A stretch of 63,774 bases of DNA, filler included, from Octopus bimaculoides (lineage: Eukaryota): NCBI RefSeq assembly GCF_001194135.2. It is 6 parts of 4 records of this genome, joined end to end, with 100 filler letters (N's around TTAATTAATTAA, not from the genome) between each part and the next. Parts side by side here need not be neighbours in the genome. Positions count along the whole stretch, not along the records: positions 6,295 to 19,084 come from NC_068987.1; positions 19,185 to 41,242 come from NC_068987.1; 4 more parts are not named here. One strand, given 5' to 3'. How positions within the stretch are numbered: position 1 is the stretch's first letter; each line of letters begins with the position of its first letter. Shown here piece by piece: positions 11,241-23,671 of this stretch. A program made the translations under genes and the position numbers. The notes beneath the pieces were generated by a model. It was not told the origin of the DNA, did no database searches, and was given only the letters and a program-made list of their open reading frames with translations.

Positions 11241-12152
11241 CATACATATACCTATGATATTTACCACATGAACTATGATGGAAAAAATATGAGAAAGATA
11301 TGGTATATAATTTTTTTTGCACAGGGGTTCCTTGGGACATGTAATTTATTTTAAGGGTTATGCAAGGGTAAAAAGGTTAAGAAACACTGCCCTAAGGTGA
11401 GAGACTCTAGAAGCAGGCTGTTATTGTCTCCTCACACAGCTATGCAGGCCCCTAAATTAGTTAGCAAAAGCATTGTACATACTACCCCCAAGACCGACTC
11501 ACATGCAAACGAGGGCTACGAGGTTGTTTCTTTTATTGTAAATTGTGTTCAGAAATGTTGTGCACAAACTATATTTCATATATCTGTTCATACCAACAAA
11601 ACTTGTGTCTTTCAATTTAAAAAAAAAAAAAAATCTTTTTTGTTTGTCTGTTTTTAGGGATAATGCCACTCACTGTGTTAAAAATTTTAAAAAGAATCAG
11701 AGGAAAGGTGCTGGCCGCTTGAAACATTTCAATGTTAGTGGATCGTATTTATTTTTGTTCCTTCACTCTTTTGATTTATTTGGAATATCTGTGTATTTTC
11801 TATTGAAAATTCCATCAGTAATACCTTACCTTATTTAGACCATTTGCTTTCATTAAACTCCTTTGTGTATGTACTTTATATATTTTGGATCTATGTAGCC
11901 TATTTCTGGTTGTTACTTTCCTTTAGATTAGTTCTATTATTTTTAGCATTGTCTACAGAATTGCGACAGAATTCTTGGTCTAATTTAGAGGATTATCTGA
12001 GATTTCTAGCAAAATATTTTAGTCCGTCTCAGATGTATGAGTCTGGTGCTTAGTATTTTCATCTTCAGTGAATTATTATCTCAGTAGTACATCTTAGCCA
12101 GCAGTTTTCACTCCAATGAGAAGATTTTTACCGTTTCCATGTCATTCCTGCT

Positions 12153-12540
12153 ATAACATTTTAGCATTCAAATTCTTCTGTCAAATCTAATATTTATTCA
12201 TTCTCAGTGTTTTGAATTAATCATGCATTGTCTCATAGCTTGAAGATGTCGACGATGTGTTTGTTTATTGTTTAGAATAACATTGCAGGGTAGGTGTGAG
12301 AGGCTGGACCTGGCCAGTTTAAACATTGGCCATTTTGATACCAACCCGCCTGAAACTACCTCTGGCTCTGTAGTACAAAGTTCTGAATTAAAATCTTCCA
12401 CCAAGCCTTAGTCACAATTTATGTTCCTAACACTAGCTGAATGATAACTAAGTTATTTTACTAAATTCTTTGTTATATTTAAAATTAATTGAAAGGAACA
12501 CAGAGCATTTCAACAGAAATATGGTAATAAAAGGCTTAAA
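12153..12540. mobile_element. Two abutting short TIR elements (piggyBac-like MITE remnants)
   Basis: 12153-12325 has an inverted homologue at 13072-13250 (aaactggccag..cctaccct.caatgt). 12325-12540 has ends ttttgataccaac / ggtaataaaaggcttaa, resembling TTAA-CCCTT termini. Confidence 0.5.
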
Positions 12541-12542
12541 AT

Positions 12543-12943
12543 ATCATCATCATCATGATCATCATTGTTTAACGTCCGCTTTCCATGCTGGCATGGGTTA
12601 GACGATTTGACTGAGGACTGGTGAACCAGATGGCTGCACCAAGCTNNNNNNNNNNAGGACTGGTGAACCAGATGGCTGCACCAAGCTCCAATCTGATCTG
12701 GCAGAGTTTCTACAGCTGGATGCCCTTCCTAATGCCAATCACTCCGAGAGTGTAATGGGTGCTTTTACGTGCTACCGGCAGGAAGGCCATTCAGGCGGTA
12801 CTGGCAACGGCCACGCTCAAAATGGTGTTTTTTGCGTGTCACCTGCACAGGAGCCAGTCCAGCGGCACTGGCAACAACCTCGCTCGAATGTCTTTTCACG
12901 TGCCACCGGCACAAGTACCGGGAAGGCGACGCTAGTAACGATG
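12543..12943 (-). mobile_element. RTE LINE 3' UTR
   Basis: Reverse complement of the gtggcacgt repeats plus the (GAT)n tail. A 32-bp duplication across the 10-N gap at 12646-12655 is an assembly overlap. Confidence 0.85.
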
Positions 12944-13261
12944 TAAAAGTATAAGTGGAGCAAAGAGGCAGAAAGTTCAGTCACTAGCTACACAGTACTA
13001 ACTTATTTACCACTCTTTAAGCTTCATCTCGTTACTAATTCAATACTGAGACACAAATTAACAACATGATTTGGTCCTTTTGCTTTTAAGTGGTTCCAGT
13101 CCCAAATATCCTACCTGTCTTATGGTCAAACTGGCCAGATCTGGCTTCCCTCGCCTACCCTACAATGTCATCAATAAAAAAAAAGATATTCATTCAATCG
13201 CATCTTTAAAATCTTGAAGCTACAAGAAAATGCATGATTAATTGAAAACGATGATGATGAT

Positions 13262-13265
13262 TATT

Positions 13266-13311
<46 letters not shown>

Positions 13312-13460
13312 CTTAACATCCATTTTCCATGCTGGCATTGGTTGGATGGCTGGACAGGAGCTGTCGAGCCAGAGGTTTGTGACAAGCTTGTTTTCACAGC
13401 TGGATGCCCTTTCTAATTCCAACCACTTTACAATGTATGCCGGGTGCTTATCTCAAGCTG
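13262..13460 (-). mobile_element. RTE 3' tail fragment with long (TCA)n
   Basis: (TCA)n cttaacatccattttccatgctggcattggttggatg..cagctggatgcccttt. Confidence 0.75.
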
Positions 13461-13604
13461 CTGGCACTAGTGAGATCACCGAGTAACTTCCAAGACAGAA
13501 AAAGAACAGGGAAAAGCCCCATTGACTACGTAGTGGGTGGTATTTAAGATGGGAAGGAGGCTAAAGTATAATAGAGGGACAAGCACAGTTGCCTTACTAT
13601 AAAG

Positions 13605-13835
13605 CAGGGGTTTTCAAACTTTTTGACTTGCGGCCCCCTTTACCTTATAAACGCTTATGAAATTTATACATAAATATTTGCTTAAAATAACATATATTTT
13701 TACATTTATTTATTTAACAGTATTTAACAAATAGGTTTATTGTCAATTAAAAGATTTCGATTAAAAAACATATATAAAATCAAATTGCCCATAAAAAGTA
13801 TTTGCTGTCCACGGACCACAGTTTGAAAACCCCTG
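13605..13835. mobile_element. hAT/Buster-type MITE
   Basis: Perfect 16-bp TIR caggggttttcaaact / agtttgaaaacccctg. Perfect 8-bp TSD ctataaag (13597-13604 and 13836-13843) with central TA. Confidence 0.92.
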
Positions 13836-13957
13836 CTATAAAGAATATACATGGCTATCTCACATTATATAAGGGTGAATAATTAACATTACATAAGGGA
13901 GAATAATTAACATGATAACATAATTACCATATTTTCTGGCATACAAGTCAGCGTAGT

Positions 13958-14137
13958 ATTATCATTTAACATCTATTTTCCTTGCTGGCATGGGTTGGAC
14001 GATTTGACAAGGACTGGCAATCCGGAGAGCTGCACCAGGCTCCAGTTGTCTGTTTTGGCAAGATTTCTACAGCTGGGTACCCTTCCTAATGCCAACCATT
14101 TTACAGAGGGTACTTACTGGTTTCTATGTAGCACCAG
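13958..14137 (-). mobile_element. RTE 3' tail fragment
   Basis: tttaacatct..gctggcatgggttggacgatttgac..tttctacagctgg..cccttcctaatgccaacc. Confidence 0.75.
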
Positions 14138-15148
14138 CCTATAGTGCAAAAATTCCATATGGAAATTTTGATGCTCCAAAATTGTTTTGATGTATAAGAC
14201 TACCCATGTGTTTTGGTCTGGAAAGTTCAACTTGTATGCCGGAAAATACGATATTTTTTTTATTTTTTTTATTTTATTTTTTCTTTTATTCTGTTTTATT
14301 TTATTATTACTGTTTTCTATTTTTGTGCATTTCTTTTTTTTTTTTTTTTTTTTTTNNNNNNNNNNNNNNNNNNNNNNNNNNNNNNNNNNNNNNNNNNNNN
14401 NNNNNNNNNNNNNNNNNNNNNNNNNNNNNNNNNNNNNNNNNNNNNNNNNNNNNNNNNNNNNNNNNNNNNNNNNNNNNNNNNNNNNNNNNNNNNNNNNNNN
14501 NNNNNNNNNNNNNNNNNNNNNNNNNNNNNNNNNNNNNNNNNNNNNNNNNNNNNNNNNNNNNNNNNNNNNNNNNNNNNNNNNNNNNNNNNNNNNNNNNNNN
14601 NNNNNNNNNNNNNNNNNNNNNNNNNNNNNNNNNNNNNNNNNNNNNNNNNNNNNNNNNNNNNNNNNNNNNNNNNNNNNNNNNNNNNNNNNNNNNNNNNNNN
14701 NNNNNNNNNNNNNNNNNNNNNNNNNNNNNNNNNNNNNNNNNNNNNNNNNNNNNNNNNNNNNNNNNNNNNNNNNNNNNNNNNNNNNNNNNNNNNNNNNNNN
14801 NNNNNNNNNNNNNNNNNNNNNNNNNNNNNNNNNNNNNNNNNNNNNNNNNNNNNNNNNNNNNNNNNNNNNNNNNNNNNNNNNNNNNNNNNNNNNNNNNNNN
14901 NNNNNNNNNNNNNNNNNNNNNNNNNNNNNNNNNNNNNNNNNNNNNNNNNNNNNNNNNNNNNNNNNNNNNNNNNNNNNNNNNNNNNNNNNNNNNNNNNNNN
15001 NNNNNNNNNNNNNNNNNNNNNNNNNNNNNNNNNNNNNNNNNNNNNNNNNNNNNNNNNNNNNNNNNNNNNNNNNNNNNNNNNNNNNNNNNNNNNNNNNNNN
15101 NNNNNNNNNNNNNNNNNNNNNNNNNNNNNNNNNNNNNNNNNNNNNNNN

Positions 15149-15478
15149 CTTTAGTCGAGCAAATCGGGCCCACCAGGACTTATTCTTTGGAAGCCTAGTA
15201 CTTATTCTATCGGTCTCTTTTGCCGAACTGCTAAGTTACAGGGGACGTAAACACACCAGCATCGGTTGTCAAGCGATGTTGGGGGGACAACACAAACACA
15301 CACACGCACACACATATATATATATATATATACATATATACGACGGGCTTCTTTCAGTTTCCATCTACCAAATCCACTCACAAGGCTTTGGTCAGCCCGA
15401 GGCTATAGTAGAAGACATTTGCCCAAGGTGTCACGCAGTGGGGCTGAACCCGGACCATGTGGTTGGTAAGCACCTCCA
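15149..15478 (-). mobile_element. SINE family B (CORE-like), near full length
   Basis: Reverse complement of 63354-63752, including the CORE-like accttgggcaa.tgtcttctactatagcc and the internal (CA/TA)n. Confidence 0.9.
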
Positions 15479-15941
15479 TTTTTATTTTGTTTTTTTAAAC
15501 GTTTTTAACCAACAAACTTTTATTTGGAAATGAGAGTGTATGTTAAAAATGGCAGTTTAATAATTCTCCTTTGAAGGAGAATTCTAGCAAGAATATTAAA
15601 AAAAATCCCTCCCCAAAAATACCCATTTCACATTCTGAAACCTCATTGCATGTGTATATGTGTACATGAGTGGGTGGACAAATGGAAGAAAAAGGCACTC
15701 AACACATGTAGTAGAATGGAGTTCTATGTATTGTTTGAAATAGTTTGATTCAGCTCCAAGTAACTTGGAGTTTCACGGGCCTCTGACAGAAGCCGTTTCA
15801 TTCAGGCTTAGATTATCGAATTTGGTAATCTCTATCTGAAGGAGATGGGTTTCTGTTGGTGGCCTGTGAAACTTTAAGTCGCATGGAGCTCTGACAGGCT
15901 GTTTCGGATCATGTATATATATGTGTGTATATGTATGTATA

Positions 15942-16813
15942 CTCAGAGTAAAAGGCAGACTGTATGACGCATGCGTACGAACAGCCATGCTACATGGCAG
16001 TGAAACATGGGCTGTAACTGCTGAGGACATACGTAAGCTCGCAAGGAATGAAGCCAGTATGCTCCGTTGGATGTGTAATGTCAATGTGAATACCCGTCAG
16101 AGTGTAAGTATCTTGAGAGAAAAGCTGAACATTAGAAGCATTAGTTGTGGTGTGCAAGAGAGACGATTGCGCTGGTATGGACATGTGGTGAGAATGGATG
16201 AGGATAGCTGCGTGAAAAAGTGCCACACCCTAACAGTTGAGGGAACCNNNNNNNNNNNNNNNNNNNNNNNNNNNNNNNNNNNNNNNNNNNNNNNNNNNNN
16301 NNNNNNNNNNNNNNNNNNNNNNNNNNNNNNNNNNNNNNNNNNNNNNNNNNNNNNNNNNNNNNNNNNNNNNNNNNNNNNNNNNNNNNNNNNNNNNNNNNNN
16401 NNNNNNNNNNNNNNNNNNNNNNNNNNNNNNNNNNNNNNNNNNNNNNNNNNNNNNNNNNNNNNNNNNNNNNNNNNNNNNNNNNNNNNNNNNNNNNNNNNNN
16501 NNNNNNNNNNNNNNNNNNNNNNNNNNNNNNNNNNNNNNNNNNNNNNNNNNNNNNNCCCTGGACTGGCTTGTGCGGGTGGCACATAAAGGACACCATTTCG
16601 AGCGTGGCCGTTTTCGTGCGGGTGACACGTAAAAGCACCCACTACACTCTCTGAGTGGTTGGCGTTAGGAAGGGCATCCAGCTGTAGAAACTCTGCCAAA
16701 TCAGATTGGAGCCTGGTGTTGCCATCCCGTTTCACCAGTCCTCAGTCAAATCGTCCAACCCATGCTAGCATGGAAAGCGGACGTTAAACGATGATGATGA
16801 TGATGATGATGAT
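15942..16813 (+). mobile_element. RTE-clade LINE 3' fragment (ORF C-terminus, gap, 3' UTR, (GAT)n)
   Basis: RVKGRLYDACVRTAMLHGSETW..QERRLRWYGHVVRMDED carries the LxGSETW and RRLRWxGHVxRM motifs of the RTE/L2-type post-RT region. The tail is shared with many copies in the window. Confidence 0.9.
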
Positions 16814-17111
16814 GAGGATGCATGGCCTAGGGGTTGGGATATTGCTCTCACGATCTGGTAGTCGTGATTTCAATTCCTAGACTGGGTGGTGTGTTGTGTT
16901 CTTGAGCAAGACACTTCATCTCACGCTGCTCTGCAATCACTTTGACACACGACGCATGGCACACAGTGCACCTATTCAGACAACCTCGACTTGATGGAGA
17001 GAGCGAACTAATGCGTGGCATGAACATTTGATCACTATAAACAAATTGTTTGTGCAGGTCGTTCACCAAAAACTGAATACTCGTTTGTTGTCTTTGAGAG
17101 GAGAGTCCATC
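16814..17111 (+). mobile_element. tRNA-derived SINE (V/Meta-like central motif)
   Basis: gcatggcctagggg..gatttcaattcc head followed by tgttgtgttcttgagcaagacactt. Confidence 0.6.
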
Positions 17112-18435
17112 ATATATATATATATATATAATATAATATAGGATAAATTCTTTATAAGAATTTATCAAGTAGTCAGCGTGAAAAAAACCTAATAATGAAA
17201 AAAATTCATCATTTNNNNNNNNNNNNNNNNNNNNNNNNNNNNNNNNNNNNNNNNNNNNNNNNNNNNNNNNNNNNNNNNNNNNNNNNNNNNNNNNNNNNNN
17301 NNNNNNNNNNNNNNNNNNNNNNNNNNNNNNNNNNNNNNNNNNNNNNNNNNNNNNNNNNNNNNNNNNNNNNNNNNNNNNNNNNNNNNNNNNNNNNNNNNNN
17401 NNNNNNNNNNNNNNNNNNNNNNNNNNNNNNNNNNNNNNNNNNNNNNNNNNNNNNNNNNNNNNNNNNNNNNNNNNNNNNNNNNNNNNNNNNNNNNNNNNNN
17501 NNNNNNNNNNNNNNNNNNNNNNNNNNNNNNNNNNNNNNNNNNNNNNNNNNNNNNNNNNNNNNNNNNNNNNNNNNNNNNNNNNNNNNNNNNNNNNNNNNNN
17601 NNNNNNNNNNNNNNNNNNNNNNNNNNNNNNNNNNNNNNNNNNNNNNNNNNNNNNNNNNNNNNNNNNNNNNNNNNNNNNNNNNNNNNNNNNNNNNNNNNNN
17701 NNNNNNNNNNNNNNNNNNNNNNNNNNNNNNNNNNNNNNNNNNNNNNNNNNNNNNNNNNNNNNNNNNNNNNNNNNNNNNNNNNNNNNNNNNNNNNNNNNNN
17801 NNNNNNNNNNNNNNNNNNNNNNNATATATATATATATATATATATAGCAAATGAAACACAGAATTCTGTGTTCTTATTTGTGTAACCAAACTTGTATAGA
17901 TACACACATACACATGCAGTGTGTTCGTATTCAGAAAAATATACATAAATATTCGACAAAAACCTCACCCCAATAAACAAGAAATGTGGGAACCATTAGA
18001 ATGAAATTGGTAAAGTGACTTCGCATTTTCTTGTGTTCTTAATTGAAGTTTTTTTAATTTTCATCATTGAAATTTTATTGTTTCTAATTCATCCATTTGT
18101 AAATATTTCCACTACTTCGCATAAATAAAGTTAATTAGTTATAAATATAAAGTTTCATCTGTGCTACTAAATTGAAATTTTCAGGTAAAAGAGTTTAAAA
18201 AAAAAAAAAAACGAATCTACATCAGATCTCCATTGTGTGGGTATCATCATCATTTATATCCTCTAATCAACTGGCCACATAATGATTGGAATGAGGTAAT
18301 TAGGTGCAACTATTTGGATGCAGATAATTTGGAATGGTTGGTTGGACATTCAACCTGCTATGGTAACAGTGCTTTTTGGCACTAGAGGCAAACACACTCA
18401 CTCATGTATGTGTGTACAGAAACATACCAATAAGC

Positions 18436-18605
18436 ACAGGAGTGGCTGATTGGTAAGTAGCTTACTTATCAACCACATGGTTATGGGTTCAGTCCCACTG
18501 CCTGGCACCTTGGGCAAGTGTCTTCTACTATAGCCTCGGGCCGACCATTGTGAGTGGATTTGGTAGGCAGAAACTGAAAGAAGCCTGTCGTATATATATA
18601 TATAT
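18436..18605 (+). mobile_element. SINE family B, 5' half
   Basis: ggagtggctg..ggtaagtagctt..gggttcagtcccactg..gcaccttgggcaagtgtcttctactatagcc ends in (TA)n. Confidence 0.9.
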
Positions 18606-19084
18606 AGTGTAGCTGCTAGAATAAGAATAGCCTGGGCAAAGTTCAGAGAGCTCTTACCTCTCCTGGTGACAAAGGGTCTCTCAGAGTAAAAGGCAGACTG
18701 TATGACGCATGTGTACGAACAGCCATGCTACATGGCAGTGAAACATGGGCCATGACTGCTGAAGACATGCTTAGGCTCACAAGGAATGATGCCAGTATGC
18801 TCCAATGGATGTGTAATGTCAGTGTAAGTATCTTGAGAGAAAAGTTGAACCTAAGAAGCATCAGTTGTGGTGTGCAAGAGAGACGATTGTGCTGGTATGG
18901 TAATGTGGCGAGAATGGATGAGGATAGCTGTGTGAAAAAGTGCTACACCCTAGCAGTTGAGGAAACCTGTGGAAGAGGTAGGCCCAGGAAGACCTGGGAT
19001 GAGGTGGTGAGGCACGACCTTCGAACATTAGGCCTCACCAAGGCGATGACTTCTGACCGAGACCTTTGGAAACATGCAGTGTGT
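18606..19084 (+). mobile_element. RTE-clade LINE fragment, frameshifted
   Basis: SVAARIRIAWAKFRELLPLLVTKGLS/fs/RVKGRLYDACVRTAMLHGSETW..GRGRPRKTWDEVV, a paralogue of 15942-16247. Confidence 0.9.
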
Positions 19085-20181
19085 NNNNNNNNNNNNNNNN
19101 NNNNNNNNNNNNNNNNNNNNNNNNNNNNTTAATTAATTAANNNNNNNNNNNNNNNNNNNNNNNNNNNNNNNNNNNNNNNNNNNNGACCATGGTTCTATAA
19201 AACGTTTTAAAATTTTGTAAACAGAGAGTTACTTACGTTTCTTGCATAAATAAAAGAAATTTTATTTAACAAATTGTGACACTAAGGACCGAGGTTACCG
19301 TGGTCTTTTCGTAGGTTTTTCTTTCCACGGATAACCTCCCCATTTATTGGGAATTTTCTGTATTATTTCGTATTTTTTGTAAATACTCCAAACGTTTTGC
19401 GATGTTTTTGTTTTCATCGTTGTCCTCACTTTTGTTTGTTTTTTTTTTCTGCTTTGTTTTCGCCCCCCTCGAAAAGAAAAACTCTACATTTGTATTTTGT
19501 CCCTTCTATGTTGAGCCCTGTGTGGCTAATAAAGAAACCTATCTATCTATCTATCTATCTGTATCTGTGTGTATTTGTATGCATGCATTTGTGTGTCTTT
19601 CTCTTTAAATATTATATATATGGATACATATATATGTATGTATATACATCTGTATATGTACGTGCACATATGTGTATGTATATATGTGAATGAAAATATT
19701 CTGAGTTTGGAGGTGGAACGCCTGTAAATATAAACGATAGAGTTTCCGCAACCAATATTTCTTCTCACCATAATCTGAGTGGTTTGCGATACCCAGCCTT
19801 ATTACATTTAAACAAAAATGTCCACGTCCACACATGATTGTAAAATTGACTCACCTCTATCCCTATTTTCCTCACAAGTGACTTCATCTACATCCCAGCC
19901 CAACCCAATTCTAGAGGTATTTTATTAACTCATATACCATACTGCACTTTCTGATCTGAATCAAAAGGCATAACTCTAACAAGCAACATCTTCCACTCTG
20001 TGTTTTTTTCCCCAAGGAATTTTCGGTCCGTTTTTTTACGACACTCGAAAACCGGACATAACACATTCTGAACTCCAATGCGCACTCCATACTTTTCTCA
20101 CTTATCCATTTAGACGAGTGCCGATACTGGTTTTCCAAGACTTTCATGTACGATACTGATTGATAAAATCGGCTAAAATAA

Positions 20182-20323
20182 AACCACTCACAAGGCTTTG
20201 GTCGGCTCGAAACTATAGTTGAAGAGAACTGTCCTTGTGAGTGGATTTGGTAGACGGAAACTGAAAGAAGCCCGTCGTATATGTGTGTATGTGTGTGTGT
20301 TTGTATGTGTGTTTGTGTGTGCT

Positions 20324-20355
<32 letters not shown>

Positions 20356-20577
20356 TGTGTGCGTGTTTGTGTCTGTACCCCAACCATCGCTTGAAAGCCG
20401 ATGTTGGTGTGTTTACGTCCCCGTAACTTGGCGGTTCGGCAAAAGAGACCAATAGAAAAAGGACTAGGCTTGCAAAGAATAAGTCCTGGGGTCGATTTGT
20501 TCGACTAAAAAAAAAAACAACCAAGGCGGTGCTCCGGCATGGCCGCAGTCAAATGACTGAAACAAATAAAAGAATAA
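20182..20577 (+). mobile_element. SINE family B with inverted 5' segment
   Basis: 20184-20232 is the CORE segment in minus orientation. 20233-20577 is the rest of the element in plus orientation. Confidence 0.85.
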
Positions 20578-21768
20578 TCCTTCTACGTCCTGACACATTT
20601 ACATGCAAACATAACTTTTCATTGCTTTGTTAACTGAATTTTGTAAATAAGAACAGTTATTCTCATTTAGTTCTAGAATCCCTAGTAATGTCTTTTACTG
20701 AGGAAGCAAAACCATGGCAAAACACCGGTGTTTGAAAGTCTACGGACATCGCTGGAGTGAGTATGTCGATTACACACACGATCTAAAGGGAGAAGCCGTT
20801 CTCCGAAGAAAAGCCCAATAGCAGAAAGCTCTGTTCACGTCCAAGTCTGCCGAGGTATGCTATGAATGGTTATGTACATCACTGTTTTCATCCTCAGTTT
20901 TGCGTGCTCATAGTAATTTGACATTTTGAATTAATTTCATTTATATTCAAAAGAGAAAATAAAGAGAATTGAAAGCAAAAGAATATGTGTCGATTTTTAA
21001 TGGTGGAGAGTTCACACACTGATACATGAGCTCAAACACATATACATCTGTTTGGTTTCAAAGAGCAGTAATTAAAAAATATCAAAATTATTCTGGAATA
21101 TTTTTTTTGTAATGTTTTGTTTTTACGTTATATTTTGTCTCTGTAATTATCTGGGTGTGATATAAAATGTTCACTCACGATTATTTACAGTCGGCTTTCA
21201 GCCTTAACTAATGCATTAATTGTTAAAAAGTATTTTATAACTGTTTACTCATTACTTAAACATAACAAGCATGAAGTCCTGAATACTTCAAACGTATTTT
21301 TTAAAAATCTATTTTATGTTTACTTTTACATAACAAAGCAAAATATTTTGTCGAAAGCGACTTGTCACTTTGTTGAAGAAGCTTGTTTCTTTTCTACCAA
21401 TTAATATCAGTGAAGCAACTGTGGAGCTGGGGGGTGGCATCTGTGTGGGATAAGAATGCTGGATCTTTAAGCAGGCGAGTCCGCGATTTGCATAGTTACT
21501 GTCACTGTCTGTGTTTTTAGTAAAAAACTTGTGTCTGTGGCTCAAATGATTTGCATCCTGTTTATTGTCACTGCTCTAGACTTGTGTCTATGGCTGAAAT
21601 GACTTGCACACTGTTACTGTATAGCAAAGAGGTGGTTCATAATATCTAGCTTTAAATAAAGAGCGTGTATTGGTATTGGGATTGCTCTAGTTTCGTGGCA
21701 AATACACATGAACCTGATACTAGGAATACTCTAAATTTGTCACAAACGAGATTAAGTTTTCTCTAGAA

Positions 21769-22293
21769 TAGTGATTTTCAATCTTTTGTATTTCAGAGCC
21801 CCCTTTCACTGAATGACATTTTACAAACACCCTCACCTCGTATCTATTTAAAAAAACACACCCAAGAGTACAATATTTCAATCAAAGGAAGCTAATTATG
21901 AGCAGTGGTTTATATTACCCACATCTAACATTGTCTCCTTTTAGATATTTGCGCGGACTAGAATCTACTATTTAAAATTTTTACGGAAATTACGAAGCAA
22001 GGCAAAAATTTATACAATGAAATTATATGAGACTTTGGCATATCATTAGTCATGTTCTTTTCCCCACAGGTAACACTATGTCCTGCATATATTCTGATCC
22101 CGAAAACGTTTGTTTTGATAATGTGTTTCAAATGTAAAGTCTTGTGCATAGTTTAAATATGTTATTTCTAAGAAAAATCACGTCTACTCTAAACATCCAG
22201 CATCTCCTAAAGTGCTCTCATAACATTTGCCGTCTCCCTGTGATCTCACAATGTCCCACAAAAGGGTACACCTAAACAGGTTAAGGGCCACTG
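21769..22293. mobile_element. Possible old hAT MITE
   Basis: Degenerate ends tagtgattttcaatct / aggttaagggccactg. 8-bp flanks ctctagaa / ctcaagaa differ by one base. Confidence 0.35.
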
Positions 22294-23480
22294 CTCAAGA
22301 AGAATTAGAAGTTGAAACTGTAGAATCTCATGCGATATTAAATCGTTTTCTTCGTCCTTTTCATATTTTGGCGGAAAAGCTGTAGTGGCGAAAATAATTG
22401 AAAACTGAACAAAATTTCTTGACATATATTTTCGTCACTTTCAAAGTTCTATGTTCAAAATCTCACAGGGTTTATTGCACCTTTCTTTCTGCTATCGTCA
22501 ATAAAATAAGTATCAGTCATGTTATAAGGACCATTTAGACAGACTGTAGCCCCTTCCCTGCGAATAAGGCTTTTATAAGTTTATAAGAAATCTTGCTATG
22601 CTAATTAGATACTTGAAATATAGGGTCACTTTATTATCTATCCCCGATGCTAAGTACTCGTAGACCAACTTAACATGTTATATTTCTCTCAATGAAGTCA
22701 TATTGGACTGCACATATGACGGTAGTAATCAAATAATCAAATATGGAAAGTATTTCTCAGAAACGACACGCTATCAAAGAGTATTTAAAGTATTTCTTGA
22801 AATACAATAACTCTCGTGTTTGTACGGTGCGTATATTTGTTTAAACCAATATGTATAGGTTGTATATATTAAAATACTTATCAGAAAGTGCATTTTTCCG
22901 CCCATTTCTGTTATTCATGACATGCATAAATTACTTGACTGGTGAGAAAATTTCGTAGTATCACTTTTGCCAACAATTCAAAGATTTTGTAGATGTTTCT
23001 TGACAACAATTATTCATTTTGCTGAACTTTTAGTATTAACCATCTTCATTTTTTTTCTATAGATGTAGATCTTAATCGTTATTGTTATTGTCTAGTTTCT
23101 CTTCAGCCCTACTAGAAAAGACTTGTGTGCATCCGTTTTGCTGGAACATGTAGAATGAGAACATATATATTTTTATATATTTAAATATTGACGAAATCTA
23201 TCTGTAGGTGAAGTAAGGAGCTTCTATAAACATTCTTCATATTGTTTTGATGTACGTATGTACGTTTCCTTATGTTTTTATTTATTTGAAGCCTTCGTGT
23301 AAGAGGAGTTGTTTTCCAATAAAGATGCACGCATAAAAAAGTTACATGTTAAACTTGAGAAAAATCTTGCATATTTCTAATGTTCCTCTTACAGTTTGTG
23401 TTTCTAATGCGCGTGTTAGCTGGCTGATATTTTTTTCTGAAAACTCCAGCTTTTTCAGATTGAATATATATATATATATA

Positions 23481-23671
23481 TGGAGAATTCACGAAAAAAC
23501 AGCAGATGAGGACAGGTGGTGTAAACAACAAATGGATGTATTAGTATAACGCTCGGGAATAGTGAAAGTCTTTAACGTTTCGAGCCTACGCTCTTCAACA
23601 GAAAAGAACACAGATAGAAACAAGGAGAGAAACAAGGAGAGAAAAAAATATGTGTAGTGGTCAGCGATCTA
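23481..23671 (-). mobile_element. Short Penelope-like-repeat element with a variant hammerhead-like motif
   Basis: Minus strand 23606-23569 reads cuuuu CUGUUGA A GAGC guag GCUC GAAA CGUU aaag. The element sits in a TA-rich run. Confidence 0.45.

Noticed and set aside
22070-22134. Exon or recursive splice site at ttttccccacag|gtaaca
   Set aside because: It lies inside a putative MITE, the frame is ambiguous, and AG|GT motifs are common by chance.
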